From contig JAGLLT010000039.1 of assembly GCA_023140385.1 (NCBI GenBank), positions 34,381-98,380 on the forward strand: 64,000 nucleotides of DNA. Reading direction: 5' to 3'. Positions 1 to 9,158 of the stretch are shown piece by piece. The translations under genes and the position numbers were made by a program. Numbering within the stretch: the first letter of the stretch is position 1; each line of letters starts with the position of its first letter. Below the pieces are notes generated by a model. That model made no database searches, had not been told where the DNA came from, and saw nothing but the letters and a program-made list of their open reading frames with translations. Source of the DNA: Candidatus Omnitrophota bacterium. Lineage in GTDB: Bacteria; Omnitrophota; Gorgyraeia; JAGLLT01.

Positions 1-1146
1 TTAATATTAACTGAAGCTGTTAAAACTAGAGCCAGCGATGTGCATATTGAACCTTTAGAGAAACAATTTAGAGTGAGGTATAGAATAGACGGGCTATTGC
101 ATGAAGTGCCGGGGCCGCCGAAGCATTTGCAGGGTTCGGTGATAAGCAGGTTGAAGCTTATGGCGGGCATTGATATCGCTGAAAAGCGCCTGCCCCAGGA
201 CGGGCGTATCAAAGTTAAGCTTTTAAATAAAGATTTAGATTTACGGGTTTCTACGCTCCCCGGCATATATGGTGAAAGTGTGGTTATGAGAATCCTGGAT
301 AAATCAAGCCTCTTAATAGGCTTGGAAGAACTCGGATTTTTTTCAGAGGATAGGAAGAAATTTGAGGAGTTGATTGAGATGCCGAACGGGACGCTTCTTG
401 TTACCGGCCCGACTGGCTCCGGTAAAACCACTACTCTTTACGCCGCCTTAAACTATATAAATAAACCTAATAAAAAATTAATTACCATTGAGGATCCCGT
501 AGAATATCAGATAAAGGGAATAAATCAGGTTCAGATAAAACCTCAGGTTGGCCTTACCTTTTCTGCGGGATTGCGCGCTATGTTAAGGCAGGCGCCAGAC
601 GTTATATTGGTTGGTGAAATACGTGATAAGGAAACGGCCTCCATTGCCGTGCAGGCCGCCTTAACCGGCCATTTAATTTTTTCTACTCTCCATACTAATG
701 ATGCCGCGGGAGCTGTCACCAGATTGATAGATATGGGAGTTAAGTCATATCTGGTAGCTTCTACTTTGCAGGCGGTTTTAGCTCAGCGTTTGATCAGGAT
801 GATCTGTCTGAACTGCAAAGAACCTTATCAGCCAAAACCGGAAGAGCTAAAGGCTATGAATTTAAAAGAGGAGGATATCGTTGAGGCTACTTTCTTTATG
901 GGTAAAGGCTGTGACGCGTGCGGCAATACGGGATTTAAGGGGAGGAAGGGCATTTTTGAACTGATGCTGATAAATGATATTATTCGAGAGATGATATTTG
1001 AGAGAAAGTCCAGCGCGGAGATAAAGACCAAAGCCGTTGAAATGGGCATGAAGACGTTGAGAGAGGACGGTAAGGTAAAGGCTTTAAAAGGATTGACAAC
1101 TATCTCTGAAGTAGTCAGAGTTGCCCAGATAGATGAAGTATCATAA
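1..1146 (+). CDS. pilB: Type IV pilus/T2SS assembly ATPase PilB/GspE, 5' truncated by the window edge
   Basis: Frame is open from base 1 (LILTEAVKTRASDVHIEP); Walker A GPTGSGKTT, TIEDPVE, Walker B ILVGEIRD, STLHTND, tetracysteine CLNC...CDAC. Confidence 0.93.
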   Translation, partial: LILTEAVKTRASDVHIEPLEKQFRVRYRIDGLLHEVPGPPKHLQGSVISRLKLMAGIDIAEKRLPQDGRIKVKLLNKDLDLRVSTLPGIYGESVVMRILDKSSLLIGLEELGFFSEDRKKFEELIEMPNGTLLVTGPTGSGKTTTLYAALNYINKPNKKLITIEDPVEYQIKGINQVQIKPQVGLTFSAGLRAMLRQAPDVILVGEIRDKETASIAVQAALTGHLIFSTLHTNDAAGAVTRLIDMGVKSYLVASTLQAVLAQRLIRMICLNCKEPYQPKPEELKAMNLKEEDIVEATFFMGKGCDACGNTGFKGRKGIFELMLINDIIREMIFERKSSAEIKTKAVEMGMKTLREDGKVKALKGLTTISEVVRVAQIDEVS

Positions 1147-1163
1147 ATCAATGAGGGGTATCT

Positions 1164-2234
1164 ATGATTAATATAAACAAACTACTAATGGAATGTATAG
1201 ATAAGGGCGGGTCTGATCTGCATCTGACTGTGGGCAAGCCTCCCATACTCAGGCTGGACGGCCGCCTTGTGTCTCTGGATTTTCCTGAATTGAAACCGGA
1301 TGATGTAGAAAGCATGATGACTCAGATTACTGATGAAGAAAAAAGGCGCAAAGTTAGTGAGGTAGGCGGCTGTGACTTTGGTTTTGGTTTTGGCAAGAAC
1401 AGGTTTAGGGCATCAGTCTACCGCGGGAGAGGGGTAATAGGGATATCACTCCGGCTTATTCCCTCCGAACTACTTACTTTTAGTGAATTAGGATTGTCGG
1501 ACAAAGTAAGGGATCTGCTTTTTAGAACGAGGGGCCTGATTTTAGTTACCGGCCCGACCGGTTCAGGCAAAAGCACGACGCTGGCAACAATGATAAATTA
1601 CATAAATACAAATATTGACTGTCACATAATAACCATTGAAGATCCCATTGAATATTACCATCAGCATAAAAAGAGCATTATAACTCAAAGAGAGGTGGGT
1701 ATGGATGTGCCGTCATTCTCAGAGGCGATAATCAGGGGGTTGAGAAGCGACCCCGATGTTATCCTGGTAGGAGAGATGCGCGATCTGCCGACAATACAGG
1801 CAGCCCTTCTCGCGGCGGAAACAGGCCATCTGGTTTTTGCTACTCTCCATACTGTTAATGCCGCCCAGACGGTTGACAGGGTGGTAAACTCTTTTGCTAT
1901 TCATCAACAGGAGCAGGTGAGAGCACAACTTTCAGCCTGTATTCTGGCGGTCTTATCGCAAAAACTTTTACTGAGGAAGTCCAAAAAAGGGCGCGTTGCC
2001 TGTTTTGAAGTTATGGTGTCTACTTCTTCCGTACAGAGTCTAATACGGGAAAAAAAGACCTTTAGGATACCTTCTGAACTTCAAACGGGCTCAAAGTACG
2101 GCATGAAGCCTTTTGACTTTTCTCTTATTGAACTTTATCAAAATGGTATAATATCCAAAGATACGGCTTATAAAAACGCTTTTGACAAGGAGCAGTTTGA
2201 CACTATGTTTAAAGAGAGAGTGAATAGAAAATAA
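1164..2234 (+). CDS. pilT: Type IV pilus retraction ATPase PilT
   Basis: 356 aa, SDLHL, GPTGSGKSTTLA, QREVG, LRSDPDVILVGEMRD, AETGHLVFATLHT, AIRNLIRE-like SVQSLIRE; no Cys zinc motif. Confidence 0.93.
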   Translation: MININKLLMECIDKGGSDLHLTVGKPPILRLDGRLVSLDFPELKPDDVESMMTQITDEEKRRKVSEVGGCDFGFGFGKNRFRASVYRGRGVIGISLRLIPSELLTFSELGLSDKVRDLLFRTRGLILVTGPTGSGKSTTLATMINYINTNIDCHIITIEDPIEYYHQHKKSIITQREVGMDVPSFSEAIIRGLRSDPDVILVGEMRDLPTIQAALLAAETGHLVFATLHTVNAAQTVDRVVNSFAIHQQEQVRAQLSACILAVLSQKLLLRKSKKGRVACFEVMVSTSSVQSLIREKKTFRIPSELQTGSKYGMKPFDFSLIELYQNGIISKDTAYKNAFDKEQFDTMFKERVNRK

Positions 2235-3958
2235 TGGCCGGAAAGCAGTTTAGAAGAAAACCGCTGGGCGAGATACTGTTAGACCAGGGTATTATATCCC
2301 AAAAGCACCTGGATGAGGCTCTGGATGAGCAAAAGAAGTCAGGAAAACTTTTAGGAAGGGTCCTTGTTGATTTAGGTTTTGTCAAAGAAAAAAGAATCTT
2401 AGAGGCCCTGGGTCTCCAGATAGGCATGAGAGTTACCGATCTGGAAAAGATGAAAATACCTGAAGAGATTATACAAGAAATTCCCGCTTCTTTGGCCCAG
2501 GTTTATAACGTTATTCCCGTGAAGCGGGAAGGGAATGTGTTGACGGTAGCTATCTCCGATCCGTTAAATATTAATGTCCTTGATGATTTGAGATTTGTAT
2601 TGAACTGTGAAGTGCAGGGAGCCATTGCCAGTGAAGATGTGATTAATGAAGCCATAGAAAAGTACTATGGGGGAAGCAAAAGCGATGAATCCTTAAGCGG
2701 CTTGGTTCGGGAGATAGAGGAAAACACCCCCGCGGTAATAACGTCAGAGGTAACGGAAACTCTGGATATAGCGGGCCTGAAGGAGCTGGCCTCTCAGGCG
2801 CCGGTGGTTAAGCTGGTTAATCTGGTTTTGCTGCAGGCGGTGAAGGATCAGGCCAGCGATATTCACTTTGAGCCTTTTGAAGATGAATTTAAGGTGAGAT
2901 ACAGGGTTGACGGAGTTTTATATGAGATAACCCATCCGCCGAAAAATTTGAGCCTGGCTATTACATCCAGAATTAAAGTAATGGCTAGTTTAGATGTAGC
3001 CGAGTCGAGGATGCCTCAGGATGGGCGCATTATGATGAGGGTTATGGGCAGAAGCATTGACTTGCGGGTTTCTACTTTGCCGACAATTTTCGGTGAGAGC
3101 GTAGTTATGAGAGTTTTAGACAGGAGTGTGGTAAGCTTGTCTCTGGATGAGATAGGATTGATGCCGGATCAAAAAGAAAAAATTATCACCCTAATACATA
3201 AACCCAACGGCATCATTTTATCTACGGGGCCTACCGGCTCCGGCAAAACAACTACCCTCTATTCGTGCCTGAGAAGCGTAAATAAAATAGAATTTAAAAT
3301 TATTACTACCGAAGATCCGGTAGAATATGATATCGCCGGCATTATACAGGTAAGCATTAAGCCCAAGATTAACTTGACATTTGCCACCTGCCTGAGACAT
3401 ATATTAAGGCAGGATCCGGATGTTATTATGGTAGGTGAAATTAGGGATAAGGAGACGGCCCAAATCAGTATTCAGGCCTCTTTGACGGGGCATCTGGTTT
3501 TTAGCACACTTCACACGAATGATGCCCCGAGTTCGGTGGCAAGGCTGATAGATATGGGCATTGAACCTTTTTTAATAACCTCCACCGTAGAGGCAATTAT
3601 TGCTCAGAGGTTAATACGAGTTCTTTGTCCCAAATGCAAAGAGCTTTATGTTCCTTCTGAATATGAGCTTTCTCAAATTGGCCTGGATCCGGGGAGGGTT
3701 GGAAGTAAGAAATTTTACCGGGCAAAAGGTTGCCGCGAGTGCAATAATATCGGATACAAAGGCCGCAGCGGGATATATGAGATACTGCTAATGAATGATA
3801 AAATAAGAGCCTTGATTATGGAAAAGTCACATAGCGCTCTTCTACGCAGAGCCGCGATAGAAGCCGGTATGCGCACATTAAGGGAAGACGGCCTGCTGAA
3901 AGTTTACGAGGGGTTGAGCAGCATTGAGGAGGTAGTCCGTGAAACCCAGGGTTATTAA
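2234..3958 (+). CDS. pilB: Second PilB/GspE ATPase with N-terminal MshEN-like domain
   Basis: LGEILLDQGII..LDEALDEQ and LLGRVLVDLGFV repeats, ASDIHFEP, Walker A/B, CPKC...CREC. Confidence 0.93.
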   Translation: MAGKQFRRKPLGEILLDQGIISQKHLDEALDEQKKSGKLLGRVLVDLGFVKEKRILEALGLQIGMRVTDLEKMKIPEEIIQEIPASLAQVYNVIPVKREGNVLTVAISDPLNINVLDDLRFVLNCEVQGAIASEDVINEAIEKYYGGSKSDESLSGLVREIEENTPAVITSEVTETLDIAGLKELASQAPVVKLVNLVLLQAVKDQASDIHFEPFEDEFKVRYRVDGVLYEITHPPKNLSLAITSRIKVMASLDVAESRMPQDGRIMMRVMGRSIDLRVSTLPTIFGESVVMRVLDRSVVSLSLDEIGLMPDQKEKIITLIHKPNGIILSTGPTGSGKTTTLYSCLRSVNKIEFKIITTEDPVEYDIAGIIQVSIKPKINLTFATCLRHILRQDPDVIMVGEIRDKETAQISIQASLTGHLVFSTLHTNDAPSSVARLIDMGIEPFLITSTVEAIIAQRLIRVLCPKCKELYVPSEYELSQIGLDPGRVGSKKFYRAKGCRECNNIGYKGRSGIYEILLMNDKIRALIMEKSHSALLRRAAIEAGMRTLREDGLLKVYEGLSSIEEVVRETQGY

Positions 3959-3971
3959 AGAAAGGGTATAA

Positions 3972-4133
3972 AATAACCAAGATATACCCAATGGGCACAA
4001 GCAAGAAACAATAACCAAATAATAACCAATGACCAAATTCGAATAACCAAACCAAGGCAGGAGCGAATGTTTGATGATTGGTTATTGAATATTGGTAATT
4101 GTTTGTATCTTGTATCTTGGTTATTGGTGATTT
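3972..4133. repeat. Intergenic imperfect palindrome built from ~7-nt units (AATAACC/GGTTATT)
   Basis: Left arm AATAACCAAGATA..CAAGAAACAATAACC..AATAACCAAAC is roughly complementary to right arm GTTTG..GGTTATTG..GTATCTTGTATCTTGGTTATTGG. Confidence 0.8.
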
Positions 4134-4185
4134 AAACTTAAATATTTTCGACAATACAGGTGGAAAGACTAAGGAGGAGTAAACA

Positions 4186-5481
4186 TTGTCTAAGTTTGAG
4201 TATAAGGCTATAAATTCGAATGGGAAAGAGATATCCGGTTTTGTAGATGCCGTTAATACGCAGGAAGCTATCGGACGCATTAAGGATAAAGGGTATTATC
4301 CCATTCAACTTACTGAAACTGAGGATAAGTTCGTGTCTGAACCGGTGTCCACTTCCGGGGGGCATGTAAAAGCGCCTGTCAAAAAGGGCGGAGTGAGCAA
4401 AGAAATCGTAATTCCTTTTTTAGGTATAGGTGTTGTTAAGAGTCAGGATGTAGCCCTTTTTACCCGCCAGCTGGCCACGCTTATCGATGCCGGCTTGCCC
4501 CTGGTGAGAAGCCTGAATGTTTTGCATGACCAGTTGAAACTGGGGCCTTTAAAAGATGTCATAGAAAGCCTTTCCAAAGAAGTTTCGGCTGGAGGAACTT
4601 TAAGTGAAGCTTTGGCCAAGTATCCGAAAATTTTTAACTCCTTGTATATTAATATGATAAAGGCGGGTGAAGCCGGCGGCGTACTGGAGATAGTTCTGGA
4701 ACGGTTGGCGGAATTCAACGAAAAAAGTTTGGCCCTCATCGGAAAGGTTAAAGCGGCTATGGCCTACCCTGTTCTGGTGGTAGTTTTTTCTTCGGCTGTA
4801 CTTTTATTTTTAACTCTTTTCCTTATACCTAAATTTATGGATATTTTTGCTTCTATGGACATAGAAGAAATGCCGGTGCCGACAATGCTTATAATGAATT
4901 TTTCAAGGATGTTTAAAAATCCATTGTGTTTAGGTTTAGGCTTGGGGTTGGTGGCTGCTTTAATAATTTTATATAAAACCTTTTCAAAGATGAAAGGCTT
5001 TAAATTATTTATTGCTAAAATAAAACTGCGTGTGCCGGTGGCAGGGGAGTTGACGAGGAAGATTGAAGTTGCTATGTTCTCACGGACACTCGGCACCCTG
5101 ATATCAAGCGGGGTTCCTATTTTACAGGCCTTGAGAATTACCAGGGGCACAATGAGTAATGAACTTATATCCCAGGCTTTAGGCCGTGTGCACGATAGTA
5201 TCAGAGAGGGTGAATCTATTGCCGCCCCTCTTAAAGCAAGCGGAGCTTTTCCTCTTATGGTTGTCAATATGATTGATGTCGGGGAAGAAACAGGTTCCCT
5301 TGATAATATGTTGATCAAGGTGGCGGATATATATGATGGCGAAGTGGATACTACCATAAGCGCGCTTACCTCGATAATTGAGCCTTTTTTAATTATCAGC
5401 ATGGGCCTTATTGTCGGCTTTATCGTTATCGCGATGTTTTTGCCCTTAATTCAGTTGATGTCAAGTATTGGCGTGAATTAA
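4186..5481 (+). CDS. pilC: Inner-membrane platform protein PilC/GspF
   Basis: FTRQLATLIDAGLPL, MIKAGEAGGVL, FSRTLGTLISSGVPIL, VGEETGSLD; three TM segments; TTG start after AGGAGG. Confidence 0.93.
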   Translation: MSKFEYKAINSNGKEISGFVDAVNTQEAIGRIKDKGYYPIQLTETEDKFVSEPVSTSGGHVKAPVKKGGVSKEIVIPFLGIGVVKSQDVALFTRQLATLIDAGLPLVRSLNVLHDQLKLGPLKDVIESLSKEVSAGGTLSEALAKYPKIFNSLYINMIKAGEAGGVLEIVLERLAEFNEKSLALIGKVKAAMAYPVLVVVFSSAVLLFLTLFLIPKFMDIFASMDIEEMPVPTMLIMNFSRMFKNPLCLGLGLGLVAALIILYKTFSKMKGFKLFIAKIKLRVPVAGELTRKIEVAMFSRTLGTLISSGVPILQALRITRGTMSNELISQALGRVHDSIREGESIAAPLKASGAFPLMVVNMIDVGEETGSLDNMLIKVADIYDGEVDTTISALTSIIEPFLIISMGLIVGFIVIAMFLPLIQLMSSIGVN

Positions 5482-5512
5482 AGAAGAGGTTAATCGATGA
5501 TTATTGGCGTTG

Positions 5513-5541
5513 TTGAGTTAAGCCGGGAAATATGGTATAAT
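5513..5541 (+). promoter_or_regulatory. Sigma70-type promoter for the pseudopilin genes
   Basis: TTGAGT-17 bp-TATAAT with extended -10 TG. Confidence 0.6.
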
Positions 5542-5561
5542 TGTTTTGAGAGGATACTGGT

Positions 5562-5984
5562 GTGAAAAAGAGCGGATTTACTCTTATAGAGATGATGGTT
5601 GTGCTGATTATTATGGGCATTTTGGCGGGCTTGGTGACCAGTGCCACTATCAAAACTTTGCAGGACGCGAAGAAGAGCGAAGCGGAGGTAGTTATTTCAG
5701 CGGTTGCCTCAGCCTTAGCCAGATATGAGTCTGACATTGGCGATTATCCACCGGGGAACGGTTCAGGTAACGCTTTTTGGTACTACCTGCAGGATGATAG
5801 GAGCCTTGATGTTTCCTCGGCATGGAACGGGCCCTATATGACCTTTGATAATGATGATATATCAGGTAACGCGGTAAAAGACCCTTGGGGCAATGCTTAT
5901 AACTATAAGAACTACCCAGGGGTTCATAATCCCGCCTTTGTTGATATAGAGGATGGTTCCGGAGAAGATGTTAATAACTGGTGA
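5562..5984 (+). CDS. GspG-like major pseudopilin 1
   Basis: Class III signal G|FTLIE, hydrophobic helix, WNGPY and DPWGNAY motifs. Confidence 0.88.
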   Translation: MKKSGFTLIEMMVVLIIMGILAGLVTSATIKTLQDAKKSEAEVVISAVASALARYESDIGDYPPGNGSGNAFWYYLQDDRSLDVSSAWNGPYMTFDNDDISGNAVKDPWGNAYNYKNYPGVHNPAFVDIEDGSGEDVNNW

Positions 5985-6442
5985 GAAAGATGAAAAATAA
6001 AGGTTTTACCCTAATTGAGATGATAGTGGTTATGACTATTATCGGCATCCTGGCCGCTTTAATTTCGGCGGCGACCTTTAGGGCTATAGAGGATGCTAAA
6101 GAAAGTAAAGCGGCGGCGGCTATTTCCGCCGTAGAAGCGGCTCTGGCAATGTATGAATCTGACGTAGCAGGTTATCCTCTGCAAGCCGCCGGCGATAATG
6201 CCTTTAAATCCCATCTCCAGAATGATGATGGCGCGGTTGGCTGGAACGGCCCATATATGAACTTTATAGATGAAGACCTGGACAAGCCTGCCGCGATAGG
6301 AGGAACCAAGTATATGGATCCCTGGGGCAATGCCTACCAGTATAAATGTCCGGGTAATAATGGTGTTTATGATATCTGGTCTTGCGGTAATGACGGAGTT
6401 GATGATAGTGGCGGCGGAGATGATATTAATGCCTGGGATTAA
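5981..6442 (+). CDS. GspG-like major pseudopilin 2
   Basis: G|FTLIE, WNGPY, DPWGNAYQY, DIWSCGNDG..DDINAW (PulG-type C-terminal loop). Confidence 0.9.
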   Translation: MRKMKNKGFTLIEMIVVMTIIGILAALISAATFRAIEDAKESKAAAAISAVEAALAMYESDVAGYPLQAAGDNAFKSHLQNDDGAVGWNGPYMNFIDEDLDKPAAIGGTKYMDPWGNAYQYKCPGNNGVYDIWSCGNDGVDDSGGGDDINAWD

Positions 6443-7021
6443 GGTTGTACTATTAAGATAAATGGTGGTTTATGGTGAAAAAAGTCAGGATTAAAAGAAA
6501 TAAGCGCTTAAAAGGCTTTACACTTATAGAGATGATGTTTGTGATTGTTATTATCGGCATCCTGGCCAGTTTGATGACTACCGGAGCCTTCAGGGCTATC
6601 AGGGAGGCGAGAGAAGAGAAGGCCAAAGTTGCCATCTCGGCCATAGAGGCCGCCCTTGAGATGTACAAACTTGATGTGGGCTCTTATCCGGCGGGAGACG
6701 GCTCAGGCAACAGCTTTAAATCCCACCTGCAAAATGATGATGGCGCGGTTGGTTGGAGCGGGCCCTATATGAGTTTCAACTCCACAAACAACAGTATAAA
6801 TGATCCTTGGGATAATGCCTACCGGTATAAATGCCCGGGCACTAGTCACGGTAGTACTGAAAATCCCCTTGATATCTGGTCATGCGGCAATGATGAAGTT
6901 GATAACAGCGGCGGCGGGGATGACCTTAACACATGGGATTAAGGCTGGACTGTTAAGATAAATGGTGGTTTATGATGAGAAAAGTCAGGATTAAAAGAAA
7001 TAAATTCTTAAAAGGTTTTAC
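6434..7021 (+). repeat. 88-bp direct repeat (6434-6521 and 6934-7021) spanning a gene end, the intergenic region and the next gene start
   Basis: TGGGATTAAGG..TTAAGATAAATGGTGGTTTATG..AAAAGTCAGGATTAAAAGAAATAA..CTTAAAAGG.TTTAC occurs twice, 500 bp apart. Confidence 0.9.
6472..6942 (+). CDS. GspG-like major pseudopilin 3
   Basis: G|FTLIE, WSGPY, DPWDNAY, DIWSCGND..DDLNTW. Confidence 0.9.
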   Translation: MVKKVRIKRNKRLKGFTLIEMMFVIVIIGILASLMTTGAFRAIREAREEKAKVAISAIEAALEMYKLDVGSYPAGDGSGNSFKSHLQNDDGAVGWSGPYMSFNSTNNSINDPWDNAYRYKCPGTSHGSTENPLDIWSCGNDEVDNSGGGDDLNTWD

Positions 7022-7523
7022 CCTGATGGAAATGATGGTGGTAATTGCCATAATGTTTATTGTAGTTGCCGTAGCAATGCCCAACTTCTGGGGCGGCCGC
7101 GGTAGTAAGGAGCACAAAGGAGCCGCCAGAAGAATTGCCTCAACCTTGCAAGTTGCTAAAGGTTGTGCCGAGGCTCAGAATGTTGTTCATCACTTCCTCG
7201 CCTGGATAAACTCAGGCAACACTATCAGTATGGATATATATAAGACTACCTATGCAACCTTTCCACCCGCGAACAAGGTGGGTAAAAGCGAAAAAATGAC
7301 CCTGTCAGCCCCCTTTAATATATCAACTACCTTAGATGTTCCCAGTGATGGTAGTACCTGGGGCGCGTACTATATTAAATTCAATCCTGAGGGAAGCGCC
7401 GATGACGGTGACGCCGCCATCGGAGATGAGACCATCACTATCTGGAATACAGCTACCGGAAAGTCTATTGATATTACCATTTCAGAGGATACGGGCTGTA
7501 TCTCTATCGGAGATCTTTATTAG
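6972..7523 (+). CDS. GspH/FimT-like minor pseudopilin 1
   Basis: G|FTLME, A.P after the hydrophobic helix, ARRIASTLQVAK..AE helix, IKFNPEGS motif. Confidence 0.8.
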   Translation: MMRKVRIKRNKFLKGFTLMEMMVVIAIMFIVVAVAMPNFWGGRGSKEHKGAARRIASTLQVAKGCAEAQNVVHHFLAWINSGNTISMDIYKTTYATFPPANKVGKSEKMTLSAPFNISTTLDVPSDGSTWGAYYIKFNPEGSADDGDAAIGDETITIWNTATGKSIDITISEDTGCISIGDLY

Positions 7524-7582
7524 AAGGAAAGGTTCTCTTGTATTTCTTTCCCTGAAATTTCAGCAAAATGATACAGTTATAC

Positions 7583-7627
7583 AGCAAAATATTTTGCTTG
7601 ACAGTTATCCTTTTCTATTGTTAAAAT
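7583..7627 (+). promoter_or_regulatory. Promoter of the PEP-CTERM gene with a palindromic operator candidate
   Basis: TTGACA (7598)-18 bp-TAAAAT with TGn; perfect palindrome AGCAAAATATTTTGCT at 7583-7598. Confidence 0.55.
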
Positions 7628-7729
7628 AAACAAACGGGCTTTATATCTTATTTTTAACTTTCTATCTATCTTGCATGTTTGTTTAAAAGGGATTTTTCCG
7701 GCAAGATAACAAAGGCGGAAAGGAGTATT

Positions 7730-8485
7730 ATGAGAAGGTTTGTTCTTGCAATTTTATTATTATTTGTAGCTTTAAGCGTTTGTTCATTATCAAACGCCCA
7801 ACAGATTGCCCCCCGCAAATGGTCTCAACTGCCCGATATGGAGTGGGGTTTTGATGTATATTCAACAATTATGCCGTACGGTTACAGTAGTAATGTCGCT
7901 GATGACTGGCTCTGCACCAACGGACTGCCTATTACCGATATCCACTGGTGGGGTTCATACGGTGATTGGTCTATGGACGCGCGTCCGGAAAATACTATAA
8001 CCGGTTTTCAGATAGATATATTTGGCTATTATGCGCCGTACCCATTTTATATTCCTCACGCGAGATATAATCTTACTATAGAAGAAGTGAATGAGACCTA
8101 CTGCGGCTTACAGGAATATACAGGACACAGCGCATTTGAGTACTCTATTATACTTGATGAACCCTTTAATCAGGAAGAAGGAAGTACCTACTGGCTGATG
8201 ATAGCGGCTTATTTAGAAGATGGGACTTCTTATGAGTGGGGCTGGAAAACAACTGATCCTGATTCAAGGTATGGTTGCGGCGCGGTTAAATACACAGGAG
8301 ATAGTTGGGAGTGGATTCCAATTGAATACAGCGATTACGTAGATCCAAGTCATCCCTATTATGATTACGGCCCGGTTAATATGGCCTTTGAGCTGACTAC
8401 TATCCCTGAACCGGCCGCGATAATTATGCTGGGAAGTTTGGCTACCGGATTGTTCGGCATAGCAGGCATAAAAAGAAAAAGGTAA
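7730..8485 (+). CDS. Secreted PEP-CTERM surface protein
   Basis: ATG after AAGGAG; signal peptide; aromatic/acidic domain (KWSQLPD, ADDWLC, ITDIHWWGSY); C-terminal IPEP + TM + KRKR. Confidence 0.88.
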   Translation: MRRFVLAILLLFVALSVCSLSNAQQIAPRKWSQLPDMEWGFDVYSTIMPYGYSSNVADDWLCTNGLPITDIHWWGSYGDWSMDARPENTITGFQIDIFGYYAPYPFYIPHARYNLTIEEVNETYCGLQEYTGHSAFEYSIILDEPFNQEEGSTYWLMIAAYLEDGTSYEWGWKTTDPDSRYGCGAVKYTGDSWEWIPIEYSDYVDPSHPYYDYGPVNMAFELTTIPEPAAIIMLGSLATGLFGIAGIKRKR

Positions 8486-8557
8486 AAAAGGTTACACCTA
8501 TTTAATTCCTGACTCTAACTATAATAGCAGTCTATAAAATAGGTGTGGCCTTTTTTT
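8485..8557 (+). terminator. Long stem-loop terminator after the PEP-CTERM gene
   Basis: AAAAAGGTTACACCTATTT pairs with AAATAGGTGTGGCCTTTTT (two G-U), ending in a T7 tract. Confidence 0.65.
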
Positions 8558-8566
8558 CAGATAAAG

Positions 8567-9049
8567 ATGATTGATAAAGGTAAGTTAACGGGATTTACCC
8601 TGATTGAGCTTTTAGTTGTTTTGCTTATTGCCGGCGTAGTAACGGCAATAGCTGTTCCTTACTGTTGGGGCGGGTATTCAAGCGCGGAGGTTAAAGCAAG
8701 CAGTAGAACCATTGCTTCGACTTTACGGCGGGCGAAGATTAACGCCGAGGCTCAGGGTAAGCGGTACCGTGTAGACTTTACCCCTTCAGGCAGCTGTCTT
8801 GATATGGATATCTATACAGATTTAAGCAGTTCGACGCCTACCAAGGTAGGTAAAACAGAAAAAATAAAGCTAAGTTCCGCGTTTGTAATTACCACTACCT
8901 TTACTAATTCCAAAGCCCTCTTTACCCCTCACAGCACTTCCAACGGAGGCACCGTTAAAATAAAAAATTTAAAAAATGGTAAAAGTATTAAAATAACCGT
9001 CTTGTCGATTACCGCCAGAATAAAGGTTAAGGATTACGAGGAAGATTAG
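8567..9049 (+). CDS. GspH/FimT-like minor pseudopilin 2 (paralogue of 6972-7523)
   Basis: G|FTLIE; shares WGG..S.E.K, IASTL..AK..AEAQ, MDIY and KVGK.EK with pseudopilin 1; ATG 8567 preferred to GTG 8543, which lies inside the terminator. Confidence 0.8.
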   Translation: MIDKGKLTGFTLIELLVVLLIAGVVTAIAVPYCWGGYSSAEVKASSRTIASTLRRAKINAEAQGKRYRVDFTPSGSCLDMDIYTDLSSSTPTKVGKTEKIKLSSAFVITTTFTNSKALFTPHSTSNGGTVKIKNLKNGKSIKITVLSITARIKVKDYEED

Positions 9050-9108
9050 TATGCCGGCTTTGGCCGCCCCCGGAGATATATTTTACCCAAAAGCACCTTT
9101 TATTTAAT

Positions 9109-9137
9109 TTGATATAATGGCCTATTTATGGTAAGAT
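9109..9137 (+). promoter_or_regulatory. Sigma70-type promoter
   Basis: TTGATA-17 bp-TAAGAT with TGn. Confidence 0.5.
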
Positions 9138-9158
9138 ATATATGCAGGAGGAATACAA

